64,000 nt of DNA from Antedon mediterranea (Eukaryota; Animalia; Echinodermata), in the NCBI RefSeq assembly GCF_964355755.1, contig NC_092676.1, positions 1,369,788-1,433,787 on the forward strand, written 5' to 3'. Shown here in pieces: positions 1-10,723 of the stretch. Position 1 is the first letter of the stretch. Each line of letters begins with the position of its first letter. The position numbers and the translations under genes are program-made. Under the pieces are notes generated by a model. It was not told where the DNA came from. It saw only the letters and a program-made list of their open reading frames with translations, and did not search any database.

Positions 1-244
1 TTATTATTTTATATCTCCCTGAGAGACATCATCTGGGAGAGTATAAAAAGGAAATCTGCAAAAACGTTTTTGCTCTAGCATAAAGTGTTGTGATTTTTTG
101 TATGAAAATCACATACTGCGTACAAAAACAGGAATTTTAAATAAAATTATGTGCCTCAATTTGTTTTTTTTACCTTTATGAAAGATTACAAAATTTGAAG
201 TATTTACCGCTCACAAGATGACCAAATTCATTCATTTTGACAAA

Positions 245-1501
245 TTACTGTGGTAGAATGAAAACTGGTTCCAAATAGTCATTCTCATCACTTGTTGATC
301 TTTGTTCGTCCATTTCACAGTAGAACTCGGAATCGTCATCAATTGTAGATCTTTGTTCGTCCATTTCACAGTAGATTAACTCGGAATCGTCATCAATTGT
401 AGATCTTGGTTCGTCCATTTCACAGTAGAACTCGGAATCGTCATCAATTGTAGATCTTGGTTCGTCCATTTCACAGTAGAACTCGGAATCGTCATCAATT
501 GTAGATATTGGTTCGTCCATTTCAAGTTCACCATTTTTATATCTTTGTTCATCCATTTCACAGTATAACTCAGAATCGTCATCAATTGTAGATATTGGTT
601 CGTCCATTTCAAGTTCACCATTTTTATATCTTTGTTCATCCATTTCACGTTCACCATTTTTATATCTTTGTTCATCCATTTCACAGTATAACTCAGAATC
701 GTCATCAATTGTAGATATTGGTTCGTCCATTTCAAGTTCACCATTTTTATATCTTTGTTCATCCATTTCACAGTATAACTCAGAATCGTCATCAATTGTA
801 GATATTGGTTCGTCCATTTCAAGTTCACCATTTTTATATCTTTGTTCATCCATTTCACAGTATAACTCAGAATCGTCATCAATTGTAGATATTGGTTCGT
901 CCATTTCAAGTTCACCATTTTTATATCTTTGTTCATCCATTTTACAGTATAACTCAGAATCGTCATCAATTGTAGATTCACAATAGAGGGCAGTTTCATC
1001 ATCGTTGGCACTTATTAGATTGTCCATGTTATAGATCTCAACATTTTCTTCAATTTTTTGTGGAATTGTTGCCTCCAAGTGTCCACTTGTTTTCATTGTT
1101 TCTCTGGTTTGTTGACGCACATCTTGGGAAGGTATGTTAAATTCACCTCTAGTTTGACGACATCTTATTCTGCAGATATAAAATTTCTGTTGAATGTTAG
1201 CCCACAATGGAAAAAAAATCATGATTCCAATTCCACCGATAATCATTAGTAATATAAAAATTATACAAAGTACATTTTGAAGGACTTCATTATACTGATA
1301 TTTGTACTTGTAGTCCTCTGTAGAAGAATCATTAATTGTGGTTGAGATTACAGTATACAATTCTGTTGAAACCTCAGTCAAATTCTCCGTAGTCCAAGTA
1401 CTGTTATTCCAAATACTGTTACTTATAGTACTGCTACTCAAAGTGCTGTTACTCTCCATATTATAAGTAATGTTGTTTTCAAAACTTAACTCTTGAGCCA
1501 T
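245..1501 (-). CDS. Single-pass membrane protein with S/T/N-rich ectodomain and a cytoplasmic tandem array of acidic tyrosine motifs (adaptor-like)
   Basis: 418-aa ORF; hydrophobic segment VLCIIFILLMIIGGIGIMIFFPLW; cytoplasmic repeats STIDDDSELYCEMDEQRYKNGELEMDEPI; no clear signal peptide inside the ORF. Confidence 0.75.
   Translation of the reverse strand: MAQELSFENNITYNMESNSTLSSSTISNSIWNNSTWTTENLTEVSTELYTVISTTINDSSTEDYKYKYQYNEVLQNVLCIIFILLMIIGGIGIMIFFPLWANIQQKFYICRIRCRQTRGEFNIPSQDVRQQTRETMKTSGHLEATIPQKIEENVEIYNMDNLISANDDETALYCESTIDDDSELYCKMDEQRYKNGELEMDEPISTIDDDSELYCEMDEQRYKNGELEMDEPISTIDDDSELYCEMDEQRYKNGELEMDEPISTIDDDSELYCEMDEQRYKNGEREMDEQRYKNGELEMDEPISTIDDDSELYCEMDEQRYKNGELEMDEPISTIDDDSEFYCEMDEPRSTIDDDSEFYCEMDEPRSTIDDDSELIYCEMDEQRSTIDDDSEFYCEMDEQRSTSDENDYLEPVFILPQ
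290..980 (-). repeat. Coding tandem repeat with 87-bp (29-aa) units and shorter ~51-bp derivative units
   Basis: Repeated gaatcgtcatcaattgtagat...ccatttcacagta units visible directly; reading frame preserved throughout. Confidence 0.9.
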
Positions 1502-2403
1502 ATGTAAAAAAAATTGCCATCAAAATGAAGTTTATAAGTATGGAGTATTATGTAACTGTGTAAATCTTTACCAACATGAGGTATGGTGAAATTACTTGCT
1601 ATTTACATAAGTTATGTTTCAATTGTCGTCATAACAATACTTTTGCATCATGAGAATGAAACGGCCCAATAGAAGAGTTGTTTGATGTACCTTAGATCTA
1701 TTTTACGATGTAAACATACAAACGCTGTAGGAAAACTGAAAGTGTACATAAATTAAAAATAAAGTTACTTTCCACAGGAATTGATAGAAGAAGATAATGA
1801 TAGGGCAATAAACGAACAAGACCTAGTGAATAATAAGTAGCTGTAGTGTGCATTTATAGTTCTACAGTAACTACCATAGAAAACTTATACTTTTAATATA
1901 CTTACGGTATATAAAATTGTTGGTGGGTTGCGCGGTAATTTAGCTTTTGAATGTAAGCTATTGGTAATAGCGATCTTCGTGAATGTCGTTAATGTCGCCA
2001 CATTAATAATAATTTTTTTTCGTTTAATATAAACATATTTCTATATTGTAAAGTTATTTGTAATAATTATTTAATATACTAGAAATTAGAGTGGAGGGGC
2101 ACACCATTCCCAGTGATAGTGGTATTGTACTGCTCTTGCCTCTCCTCAGCTCTCCACCTCTTTTGTTTTGCATCATGTTTGTTTTTCCCATCTATTTTTG
2201 TTCATATAAAGTAAAACTGTTGCATGAATGCTTAGCTAATGAATATTCATGATATCAATACATTTTATTAATTCCTTTTATTCTTTAACATCTTGCGATA
2301 ATACTTTAGTGTTCAGAATAGTATACAATACAATGAACTATTGAATATGATATTGAATACTGAATAAGTGTACAGAAACAAACATGTTCCTCATTCACTA
2401 ATT

Positions 2404-2558
2404 ATCAAGACACAACTTTGCGCTGATTACTAGCTGCATTATGGGAGTATGTTTCCATCATGTTTGGCCCCCAAAAAAATTACTGGGGTAATAATGTTCA
2501 GCGCTTAGAAGCATTGTGCAATAAGCGCTATATAAAAAACGATTATTGTTATTATTAT
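2404..2558 (+). mobile_element. 5'-truncated copy of the SINE found at 35575-35875
   Basis: atcaagacacaactttgcgctgattactagctgcattatgggagtatgtttc is shared with ~35724-35776; ends in an (ATT)n-like tail. Confidence 0.75.
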
Positions 2559-2994
2559 ATACTGCCAAAATATTATAATATCATTGATTATAGTCCCAGG
2601 GGGCTAGCTAAGGAATTTGGGAGAAATTGGGATTACACTTGGATTGTATATACAATGGAATTTATCAAACTCTTGTGTCCAAATTTTTACTAAACATACG
2701 TGTGTGTGCTGATCTGGTAGACACTACACTGCTGGCTGCCACTGGTTCGTGGAGGCCCTATCCGAATTGCCTCAGTTTCCAGGTAAGACCAAATAAAATA
2801 CATTTAACATTTAATTATAGTTCGGTCATTATGGTAATTGCATAGCACCTATGTAGACCACCTCCTATATGAAGCCCACTTTATATACATTATAAAAATT
2901 AGAACAACAGTATGTACATATTATAGTTTGTTTATCTGTGTTTAAAAGCTTCTTGTTTTAACTAAAACATAATAAAATTTATTGTTTTCATCAT

Positions 2995-5241
2995 TTAACC
3001 CAATGGTACCATATGAGCAATTTCATCATTATTGTCATCTCTGGCCTTATGACCAACATTGTCATTAATAATGTCATTGCAGTTGACATCTTCATCACCA
3101 TCATCATTGCAATCATCATTGTTGTCATCATTGTCATCATTATTGTCAATATTGTCATTGATATATGTTTCATTAGTATCAGGACCATCATCAGTAATAT
3201 CATCATTGCTGTCATCATCCTTATCATCATAAATGTTATCATTGGTGTTTTCATCATCACTGTTTTTGTCATTTTGGTTTTCATGATCATCACAACTTTT
3301 GTTTTCATTGTCATCATGGCCGTTGTAGTTGTTATCAGCATTTTCATTGTTATCTGCATTTTCATTGTTATCAGCATTTCCATCTTTTCTATTATCGATA
3401 CTACAATCTATGACGTTGTCATCTTTATTGGCATCTGTGTCATTTCTATCATTAACTTCATCTTTCATGTTGCCATCAGTGTCATCATCATTGTTATCAA
3501 TGTTGCTTCCATCTTTATCATTTTGGTCATCATTATTTCCATCAATGTCATTTTTTTCATTAATGCTATCATTAATATTTTCAATATCAGCATTATCACC
3601 ATCATTGTTATCAACAATAATTATATCTTTATCATTTTCTTCTTTGTTATCTATTTCATTGGTAACATTTTCATCATTTTGATCCTTGTCATTGTTATCA
3701 ACATTAATTATATCTTTATCATTTCCTTCTTTGTTATCAATTTCATTGTTAACATTTTCATCATTTCGATCCTTGTCATTGTTATCAATATTAATAATAT
3801 CTTTATCATTTCCTTCTTTTTTATCAATTTCATTGTTGTTGCTTTCATCATTTCCATCCTTGTCATTGTTATCAACATTAATATCTTTATCATTTCCTTC
3901 TTTGGTATCAATTTCATTGTTAATGCTTTCATCATTTCCATCCTTGTCATTGCTATCAACATTAATATTTTTATCAATTTCATTGTTAACTCTTTCGTCA
4001 TTTCTATCCTTTTCGTTGTTATCATTGACTTCACTGTTGTTAACATAATCATAATAATCATCAATACAAGCATAGTCATTATCAAAATCATCTTCAACCA
4101 GATGTGAAATACTGCAGTTGTTGGTTTTTGGAGGTTCAAAGAGTTGCCTCTCGTTCAATATGCATATTCCTCCCGTGACCTTTACATTGTCTTTATTGTT
4201 AACAACTTTGCTGTTTTTAACATGACCTTCACCATCACGCAAATAGCCATAATCATCGATGCATGCATAATCATTATCAAAATCATCCTCAACAAGACCT
4301 AAACCTTCATTCCTTGGTTTTAATTTATCCGCACTCTCATAAATTGTATTTTCTTGCTCTATGTAATCATCGGAGAGTCTATCGTAATCTGATTCACATA
4401 TTGGTTTTAGATTAGCATCTTCTCCAGAATTAAGACTAACAGATGAGTACAAACTGGACCTGTCTAACGATGTAATCTTTCTGAACTCATCTGTTGTGAT
4501 ATCATCATATATTTCATTTTCCTGGTTCACATATTCATTTGTGTCATTAATATCTTCATATATGTTACAAGTTTCAAGTATTTCTGAATTTGTCATGCTT
4601 TCATTTGGTGGTGTGGAAATCGTTATTGAACAAGATTCCAGTTTTTGTTCTTTGGGATCTTGGTAAGGATGATTGTCATCCGCAGATTCTTCTAGTAAAA
4701 GCAAATCAGTTGATGCCGCTTTTTTATTGCCATCTTTTTTCAAATCCTTTCTAACCTTTTTTCTATATTTTGCGCAGAGAATAATAAGTACAAGAAGTAT
4801 AAACACAGCTATCAAAGATGGAATAATGATAAGTAAATCATTTGTTTCCAATGGTGATTCATTTTCACTTTCATCTGTAGAAGTTGTTGTCAGTGTTGTA
4901 ATTTGATTTTTCTCTCTATTTATCGTCACATTCGGTGTTGAATTTGTTGTTTCTTCAGATGTAGATAAAACTGTAGCTGTCGTTTGTTCTGCTGATTCCA
5001 TTGTAGTTGAATATGTCACATTTTTATCAGAAGTAGATAAAACCGTTGCTGTGGTTTGTTCTGTCGATTCTATTGTAGTTGAATATGTCACATTTTTATC
5101 AGTAGTCATATATTCAGTAGTATAATATGTAGTAGTTGCGTCGGTATTCATTGTTTCAGTTGAATAGCAACTAGCAAACAATGCATAACATATCACCCAA
5201 TGAATCCATAAAGAAAGCATTATTATTGGAGAAAATAACAT
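2995..5241 (-). CDS. Type-I membrane protein: signal peptide, mucin-like stalk, TM, tyrosine-rich then N/D-rich cytoplasmic tail
   Basis: 748-aa ORF; hydrophobic N-terminus; T-rich stalk; TM LLIIIPSLIAVFILLVLIILCA followed by KYRKK; motifs IYEDI, EYVN, IYDDI, SLYSSV, IYESAD, DYACI x2. Confidence 0.85.
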   Translation of the reverse strand: MLFSPIIMLSLWIHWVICYALFASCYSTETMNTDATTTYYTTEYMTTDKNVTYSTTIESTEQTTATVLSTSDKNVTYSTTMESAEQTTATVLSTSEETTNSTPNVTINREKNQITTLTTTSTDESENESPLETNDLLIIIPSLIAVFILLVLIILCAKYRKKVRKDLKKDGNKKAASTDLLLLEESADDNHPYQDPKEQKLESCSITISTPPNESMTNSEILETCNIYEDINDTNEYVNQENEIYDDITTDEFRKITSLDRSSLYSSVSLNSGEDANLKPICESDYDRLSDDYIEQENTIYESADKLKPRNEGLGLVEDDFDNDYACIDDYGYLRDGEGHVKNSKVVNNKDNVKVTGGICILNERQLFEPPKTNNCSISHLVEDDFDNDYACIDDYYDYVNNSEVNDNNEKDRNDERVNNEIDKNINVDSNDKDGNDESINNEIDTKEGNDKDINVDNNDKDGNDESNNNEIDKKEGNDKDIINIDNNDKDRNDENVNNEIDNKEGNDKDIINVDNNDKDQNDENVTNEIDNKEENDKDIIIVDNNDGDNADIENINDSINEKNDIDGNNDDQNDKDGSNIDNNDDDTDGNMKDEVNDRNDTDANKDDNVIDCSIDNRKDGNADNNENADNNENADNNYNGHDDNENKSCDDHENQNDKNSDDENTNDNIYDDKDDDSNDDITDDGPDTNETYINDNIDNNDDNDDNNDDCNDDGDEDVNCNDIINDNVGHKARDDNNDEIAHMVPLG

Positions 5242-5999
5242 TTCGTCTTCTAAATATTACATACAGTATATCATATATTTTTTGTATTAAAATAACTAGC
5301 GTATTCTTGCCACTGAAGAATTTTCCAGAAAGAAGATGAAGATATAAGTTGATTTCACCCGGTTATCAAAATCTAATACAGTAATTTTGGTTCCCGCTAA
5401 GAAATCAGTTCGAAGGTTATATACCACCAGTAATGTTGGTATTCTATTCTAATCCACAGCTCTCACATACACATTTGTGCAATTTAAGATTTCCAACAAA
5501 CAGAGCTTTACTTACATATTCTTCTGTACATTTGTAATATAGAGATAAACATGAATGTACTAGTGTTTACTGTTTTATGTTGTTCCTGTTTAGAAATACA
5601 ATTCAAACATTGTGTAAAGGGAAGCAATCAAACATATTCCAAGAACGTCTAGATTGCTTTCATGTATGCCTTAATTTACCACAAGTAGGTACATGTCCAA
5701 AAATAGTTTAGTTCCTGTTATTAGATCAGCTTAACTGCTATGACTTGCTATATAAATACCTGTTGGTGTTTTATATTCTCAAATAATATACACTTTTTTA
5801 TTCTAGGAATTGTTTTCCATTGTAATAAAGATGAGGGTCCACAAATAACATATTGTCAAAAATCTGCTATTATGAAAATAACAAGAATTGAATTCAATTC
5901 AGCTGTTGTTGTTGCTATTGTCACTATTTATATTATATAGTAGATTCCAACTTTTTCATGAACTCCCAGGTTGTTGCATTCAATGTACTTAACACAGAG

Positions 6000-6272
6000 T
6001 ATATTCCAAATAAGTAGAAGTCTTTATTCACAATAGTATATAACTCGATTATTCCAAATAAGCATATTATAAGTCTTTATTCCAAATAAGTAGAAGTCTT
6101 TATTCCTAATAAGTTGATTCTAAAGTCTGTAATCCAAATAAGTATAAGTCGATTATTATTCAAAATAAGTATAACTATAAGTCTTTATTCCAAATAAGTA
6201 TAAGTCTTTATTCCACATAAGTAGAAGTCTTTATTCCAAATAAGTAGAAGTCTTTATTCCAGAAAGTAGAAG
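6000..6272. repeat. Degenerate ~23-bp minisatellite
   Basis: Units of the form ttccaaataagtagaagtcttta repeated roughly ten times. Confidence 0.85.
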
Positions 6273-7688
6273 TCTGTCTGCTGCTACTGTGAAATATTCA
6301 TTGTACACAGGTTGTCTTATCTTGGTTAAATCAATCAACCTCAGTGAAAAGCACCTTTTAATGTTTTAATTCTCCAGAGATAGATACAGAAACATAATGT
6401 CTAAACTACTACAGTAACTGTGAAACAATAAACATACAGTCACTATAGTCCACATAAGTACCTATTAAGTTATATTAAACCTCTAGAGGTACAGAAACGA
6501 AAACACAGAATTACTTCCTTGATGTAAAAGTTCAAGAGAGTCATTGTTTATAAAGAGGACATGTCAAGTATTGAACTTTTGCAACAGTGGTATCATTAAT
6601 ATGTTGTTTATTTTATGAAGCCAAGGAGAAACATGTCTGCCATCTTTGGAAGTAGAAGGGTAATTCCCAAGAAAAATATTTTTGATTTGGGGTATTTTTA
6701 CAATTATATTTGAAGTTTGATGAATGTTTAAAATGTGTATCAATAAAATGTTGTTTATTTTTGTAAGCCTAGAGGAAACATATCTACCATTTTTTTTAAA
6801 GTAGACAGAGAATTCCCAAGAAAAATATTTTTAATTTGTTTGTTATTTTTACAATTATATTTGAAGTTTATTGAATGTTTATCAGACATGCATATATAAT
6901 ACAATAAGATACTAATAAAAAAAATGTTTATTAATAAAATTATTAAAAATTTTCATAATACAAACAAATAATTACTATACCCATTTTGGTATTTATGTTT
7001 ATTAATATAGAGTAGAGTTCCTCCTTTATAACAACCTTATTCAACCCTATATTTTTTTCATAATGTGTAAGAAACAGGAAATCCAATAATTGTGTGGTTA
7101 CATGCATACAAAGTATGCAAATTACCAATTTGTTTTCATCTTCCCCTCTTCCCCACAAAAAAATGTTTTTAAAAATTCCAATAAAGTGTTTTTTTTAAAT
7201 TGATCTTCCATTTAACAGTTCAACGGTTGGAATGCAATAAGTTGAATTTATTCAATAAACTAAAAATAAACTATGACAGTAGTCCCAGATTCATGCATGC
7301 ATTCAATGCAAACAGAGAATTTACCACAAAACAACATGTGACGAAATAAAGTATAGTTCCTGTTAAAAAAGTATATAATCATTAATAAACACTAACATAT
7401 TTCACAATCATGCAATAGTACATCCTATTGCACGTTGTGTGACCAACAATGGTCCAATTAAATGACAGGAATTTTCGTGTGTTGTAATAATAATTATGTA
7501 TACTTTTATGATGATTTAGTGTTTTAGTAAAACATATTTAATAGTTTTTTTCCCTTTGAATAGTGGTTTTGAAATCCATTAGTACTTTTTTTAAGGTTCA
7601 GTATTATACATTATATATTATTTTTAATGAAATTAAATTTATATTACTATTATTACATTGTGGTGTTATCTTCAATTTTCTTAACAAT

Positions 7689-8873
7689 TTAATCTGTCAC
7701 TTGCAAATATCCATCCTCATCCAGTTCAAATTCATCATATGCCTGGTTGGACATTCCATAGAGGGTGTTGTTGTGTTCTGTCTGTTGACGCACAGTGCTC
7801 TCCTCCTGGTTTATATTTTGTGTGCTTTGAGACTGCATTTGTTCGGAAGTTGTAAGTGGAGATCTCCTCCTTATACATCTGTACAACTCAATAAGAAATA
7901 AAATAAGAAAAGCAGAAAAAATACATGCAATTGCTACGATGAAGTGTTCTTCTCTTATCCAGTATATGTTTGAATCGGATTCGATATCATATTCAACTGT
8001 GGATCTGGCTTCTTTGGTAGTAATTGATGTGTCTGAAATCACTGTGCTTGGTGTATCAGTTGTTGTTGTGCTACCTTGGGAGGATGTATCTGGAGTTGTA
8101 ATTGGTGTGCTTGGAAACATTGTAGTTGGTGGTGTATTCCTAATAGAAGATATTTCAGTGGCACCAGTTGTTGTTGCTTCTGGTGATGTTGTAGAAGGCA
8201 TCTCAATTATAGAACATGATTTTGATATGCTTATCATTCCAGATAGACTAACATCACATGTAAGACCATAAGGCGCAATATCAGCTGGATTGTATGTGTA
8301 ATATAATGTACATACATTAGATTTTAAGCAGTTTGTTGTGGTTAGAGTGTTTCCGTTACTTCTCAACATCAATGTTTCGATATCGTCTGGAGGCATGTTG
8401 TATGAACATGATGCAATAGAACTAGTATCATTAATGTGTAAACTTGTGCATTTAGGTAATGACTGATAAATGTTCAAAGTAACTGTATTTATTATGCTAT
8501 TAATACTAAAAAATATTAACCTGCATTCATATGTTGAATTAAGATGCTTCCAGATATTAATATCATCAGGAATCTTGACCAAAAGACTATAGTCTGCACC
8601 TTCACCAGGGATTGAGTAATAACTTGACTGTAAACCAAGTCGACTTTCATCTATCATCTTTTCAGTACTGATGTAATCACTATGGACAACCCACCTTACA
8701 ACAGTTCCATCATTCATATGATTATGAGTACAGGGAAGAGATACATTCTGTCCAGGTGTGACCGTAATGACTTCTCCAAATACAAACAAAGAATGTTTAT
8801 CCACCAAGAGAATACTCCACAACAAAAAGATATATCTGCCCATTTCCAAACTGCTCAATGAAAATGTAAACAT
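7689..8873 (-). CDS. Ig-family receptor, short-tail class A (signal peptide, V-like Ig, Cys-rich second domain, S/T stalk, TM, tail ending LDEDGYLQV)
   Basis: 394-aa uninterrupted ORF; TPGQNVSLPC...VRW...YSL...TYEC Ig pattern; TM FIVAIACIFSAFLILFLI; paralogous to neighbouring ORFs. Confidence 0.9.
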   Translation of the reverse strand: MFTFSLSSLEMGRYIFLLWSILLVDKHSLFVFGEVITVTPGQNVSLPCTHNHMNDGTVVRWVVHSDYISTEKMIDESRLGLQSSYYSIPGEGADYSLLVKIPDDINIWKHLNSTYECRLIFFSINSIINTVTLNIYQSLPKCTSLHINDTSSIASCSYNMPPDDIETLMLRSNGNTLTTTNCLKSNVCTLYYTYNPADIAPYGLTCDVSLSGMISISKSCSIIEMPSTTSPEATTTGATEISSIRNTPPTTMFPSTPITTPDTSSQGSTTTTDTPSTVISDTSITTKEARSTVEYDIESDSNIYWIREEHFIVAIACIFSAFLILFLIELYRCIRRRSPLTTSEQMQSQSTQNINQEESTVRQQTEHNNTLYGMSNQAYDEFELDEDGYLQVTD

Positions 8874-9004
8874 TTGAATTCAGACTGCCAACTTCTCTGA
8901 CTGATTTCAGTTTTTTAAATGAGATTTTAGAATAAAAGTTGTGTCTCATTGATCCCAAAAGACAAATTCTTTACCCAATACTCAATAATTAAAAATAACC
9001 TCAA

Positions 9005-9147
9005 GGGGATTCCCAACAATTTGGTTCATTAATAATTCATTTTACTTTACAGTTCATTTGTAATAAATGTATAATAAAGAGTAATTGAAAAATCTTAGAT
9101 ATTTTATTTATTTAGGTTTGCTTCACCGATCAGGGCAATGAGGAAGT
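9005..9147. promoter_or_regulatory. Candidate NF-kB site (GGGGATTCCC, 9005-9014) and ETS site (GAGGAAGT, 9140-9147) upstream of the 7689-8873 gene
   Basis: Consensus matches; the ETS site recurs at the homologous position upstream of paralogues. Confidence 0.45.
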
Positions 9148-9379
9148 AACTATCACACTAAGAACCTTTAAAACATTGGGATATTCATATATTAAACAAT
9201 TCATAGAAAGTTTTTGTAATGTTATCCATCTGAGCTGTATAGATGACAAGTATGTTAATTTTAATTGGAGAACCAAAACAAACAAATCATTAAAAATGAT
9301 GTTCTCTATTGTCAAATTTTATATATTAGATAATTATCATAAACAAAATGATCTATTATATGAGTTTAAGAAATAGTTA

Positions 9380-10270
9380 TTATCTTCCATTACATTGCAA
9401 AACATTCACTTCCAAATATCCATCCTCATCCAGTTTAAATTCATTTCCATCATCCTGTGTAGATGTCATGTTGGACATTCCATAGAGGTCATTGTTGTCT
9501 TCTGTTTGTTGGTGCACAATGCTCACTTGGTTTGTATTTTGTATGCTTTGAGAGTTTCTTTGTTCAGAAGTTGTAAATGGATGTCTCCTCCTTGTACATC
9601 TGTACAACTCAATAAGAAACAAAATAAGAAATGCAGAAGAAATACATGCAATTGCTGTGATGAAGTGTTGTTCTCTTCTTATCCAATATTTGTTTGAATC
9701 GGACTCAAGATCATTCTCTACTGTGGATCTGGCTTCATTGGTTGTAATAGGTGTTTTAGGAAACTCTGTGCTTGGTGTAATACCTTTAACATCAGTTGCT
9801 GTTGTTGTGATAGAATGTACTCCAGATGTGCTGCCTTGGAAATGTGTTGTAATTTGTGCAGACAATGTACTTTCTTGTGCAATTTGCAAAGTAACTGTAC
9901 TTAATACACTGTAACCACCACTCATAGATGTTAACCTGCATTCATATGTTACATTAATATATTTCCAAATATTAATATCATTAGGAATTATGATAAAAAG
10001 ACTATAGTCTGCACCTTCACCAGGGATTACGTAATATTCAGTAAGTAAGTAAAGTACATTTTCATGTAGTTCTTTTTCAGTACTGATATAATCATTATAG
10101 GCAAACCATCTAACATTTCCATCATTCATGTTTCCATTATTACAAGGAAGAGATATATTCTGTCCAGGTGTGCCTGTAATAGTTATCGTTTCTCCAAATA
10201 CAAACAAAGAATGTTTATCCCTCAAGCACACCAATAGAATACTCCACAACAAGATGGTATATCTGGCCAT
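9380..10270 (-). CDS. Ig-family receptor, class A, lacking the second (Cys-rich) domain; tail ends LDEDGYLEV
   Basis: ORF track starts at TTG 10276; first ATG is 10270 (MARYTILLWSILLV); V-like Ig joins the stalk directly. Confidence 0.88.
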   Translation of the reverse strand: MARYTILLWSILLVCLRDKHSLFVFGETITITGTPGQNISLPCNNGNMNDGNVRWFAYNDYISTEKELHENVLYLLTEYYVIPGEGADYSLFIIIPNDINIWKYINVTYECRLTSMSGGYSVLSTVTLQIAQESTLSAQITTHFQGSTSGVHSITTTATDVKGITPSTEFPKTPITTNEARSTVENDLESDSNKYWIRREQHFITAIACISSAFLILFLIELYRCTRRRHPFTTSEQRNSQSIQNTNQVSIVHQQTEDNNDLYGMSNMTSTQDDGNEFKLDEDGYLEVNVLQCNGR

Positions 10271-10368
10271 TTCCAAAGTTTAACTTCTCAAATTAATATC
10301 GACATTTGAATATTCATGGCTTCATATGGCTGTTCTTTCTGACTGTGGTATTCCTGCTTAGAATCAGA

Positions 10369-10482
10369 TTTTATAATAAAAGTAATGCCTCATTGATCCC
10401 AATGTATAAATATTGTGTATTGTAAAGTCTTTGAGTTTTTATTTATTTAGTTTCACTTCACAGATCAGGGCAATGAGGAAGT
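10369..10482 (-). promoter_or_regulatory. Conserved upstream module: TATAAAA (10369-10375, minus strand), IRF-like AGTTTCACTTC (~10449) and ETS GAGGAAGT (10475)
   Basis: TATA recurs at 16471, 18921, 20512 and 26097; ETS recurs at 17428, 20727 and 27038. Confidence 0.55.
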
Positions 10483-10723
10483 AAATATTACACTGTTAAA
10501 CATTGGGAAATTAATAAGTATACAAAGTCACAAAAGTTATTGTAATTTTATCTGTATAGGTGGTAATTATGTTGATTTTAATTTGAAAGCCAAAACAAAC
10601 ACACCATTAAAATGTATGTTCTATAAACTGTATAATTAACATTAGATAATTATTAAAAACAAATTAATGTATCGGCAATGATATCAATGAGTTTAAGAAA
10701 TAAATACTATCTTCAATTATGGA

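Noticed and set aside
290-980. CRISPR-like appearance of regular repeats (also 6000-6272, 52204-52295, 58310-58422)
   Set aside because: No unique spacers, no cas genes, eukaryotic context; these are tandem repeats
376-1011. 211-aa alternative-frame ORF
   Set aside because: Shadow of the frame-preserving tandem repeat within the 418-aa ORF
3013-4139. Long I-rich, S/L-rich and M-rich ORFs on both strands
   Set aside because: Antisense and alternative-frame shadows of the N/D low-complexity coding region
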